NCBI RefSeq assembly: GCF_050320075.1 | Contig: NZ_CP190018.1 | Strand: one strand, 5' to 3' | Length of the DNA stretch: 64,000 nucleotides | DNA from: Escherichia coli | Lineage (GTDB): Bacteria > Pseudomonadota > Gammaproteobacteria > Enterobacterales > Enterobacteriaceae | Shown here: one piece after another, positions 63,369-64,000 of the stretch | How the letters are laid out: the number at the start of each line of letters is the position of its first letter | Numbering within the stretch: position 1 is the stretch's first letter | Made by a program: the position numbers and the translations under genes | Notes under the pieces: model-generated | The model's database searches: none | Told to the model about the DNA's origin: nothing | Seen by the model: the letters and a program-made list of their open reading frames with translations, nothing else

Positions 63369-63640
63369 AAAAGGTCCATAAAATAATTAATACCAAAGGG
63401 GTAGGTATTATTAGTGATGATAAAATTTCACCAAAAGTGAACGCTTGTGTTATTACAATAATAAGAATGCGCTGATGGCAAATATTCAGGGATGAAAAAC
63501 TGCTCTGAAAAGAGTAACGCGCTTTACTATCTCTGACAATCACCAACAACATCGAACAAGATAATAAATTCCTGGTTTAATATCCGACAAGTGAAAACAT
63601 GCACCCGGACGGGCAGCATGTCGCTCTACAAGCACAGAGC

Positions 63641-63766
63641 TTACTTGTGTTGTACCGTAGTACTCTGTTCAGGTGGCTGATAGTTGTCAATGTGACTCGC
63701 CACGCCAAGAAGAATGACTGAAACGACAAGAACGATCCAACCTGTTAATTCAATAAGACGATTCAT
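63641..63766 (-). CDS. blr: small membrane protein Blr, 41 aa
   Basis: Internal ATG at 63766 gives MNRLIELTGWIVLVVSVILLGVASHIDNYQPPEQS..., single TM. Confidence 0.65.
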   Translation of the reverse strand: MNRLIELTGWIVLVVSVILLGVASHIDNYQPPEQSTTVQHK

Positions 63767-64000
63767 TACAGCCCACATCTCTGTTGATTGATCCATTAAC
63801 TTCAGGGGGTAAATGTTACTTAGCAATAATAGCTCCAGCAAGATTTTTACTGAGGTTTTTGCGATATTTAGCTTTTGTCGTTGGAAAATTCGCTATTTTT
63901 TTGACTTAAGTTAAACAACATCCCTTATTGCTGGCAGGTTATTAAACTGTTGAGCGAGGGTAAAGGATAGTGTCAAATAGCCATCATACTTCAATGAGAG

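Overview
This window is an ordinary, well-characterised stretch of Escherichia coli core chromosome, not a novel cargo island; I found no undescribed multi-gene system. Gene order and protein sequences match the E. coli K-12-type segment ydiJ-menI-ydiH-sufABCDSE-ldtE-lpp-pykF-fumD-ydhYVWXUT-ydhS-ydhR-valW-valV-ydhQ-mdtK-ribC-cfa-punC-punR-purR-[IS1]-ynhF-ydhP-sodB-mepH-grxD-lhr-rnt-gloA-nemA-nemR-ydhL-ydhF-sodC-ydhKJI-slyA-slyB-anmK-mliC-pdxH-tyrS-pdxY-gstA-dtpA-nth-rsxEGDCBA-ydgK-cnu-blr. All gene names are from my recognition of the translated ORFs, not from a database search. Three things depart from the reference arrangement as I remember it: (1) a complete 768-bp IS1 with a perfect 9-bp target-site duplication inserted between purR and ynhF; (2) lhr split into two reading frames by an apparent 2-bp loss in a (CG)4 run between helicase motifs I and II; (3) rsxC carrying four full 96-bp tandem repeats plus a diverged partial copy, probably one fewer than the reference allele. 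Regulatory sites readable directly from the sequence include a Fur box upstream of sufA, a perfect FNR box upstream of ydhY, a PurR operator, the NemR palindrome, the SlyA palindrome and the lpp promoter. The least-understood content is the FNR-controlled ydhYVWXUT oxidoreductase cluster, including a repeat-built YdhT.
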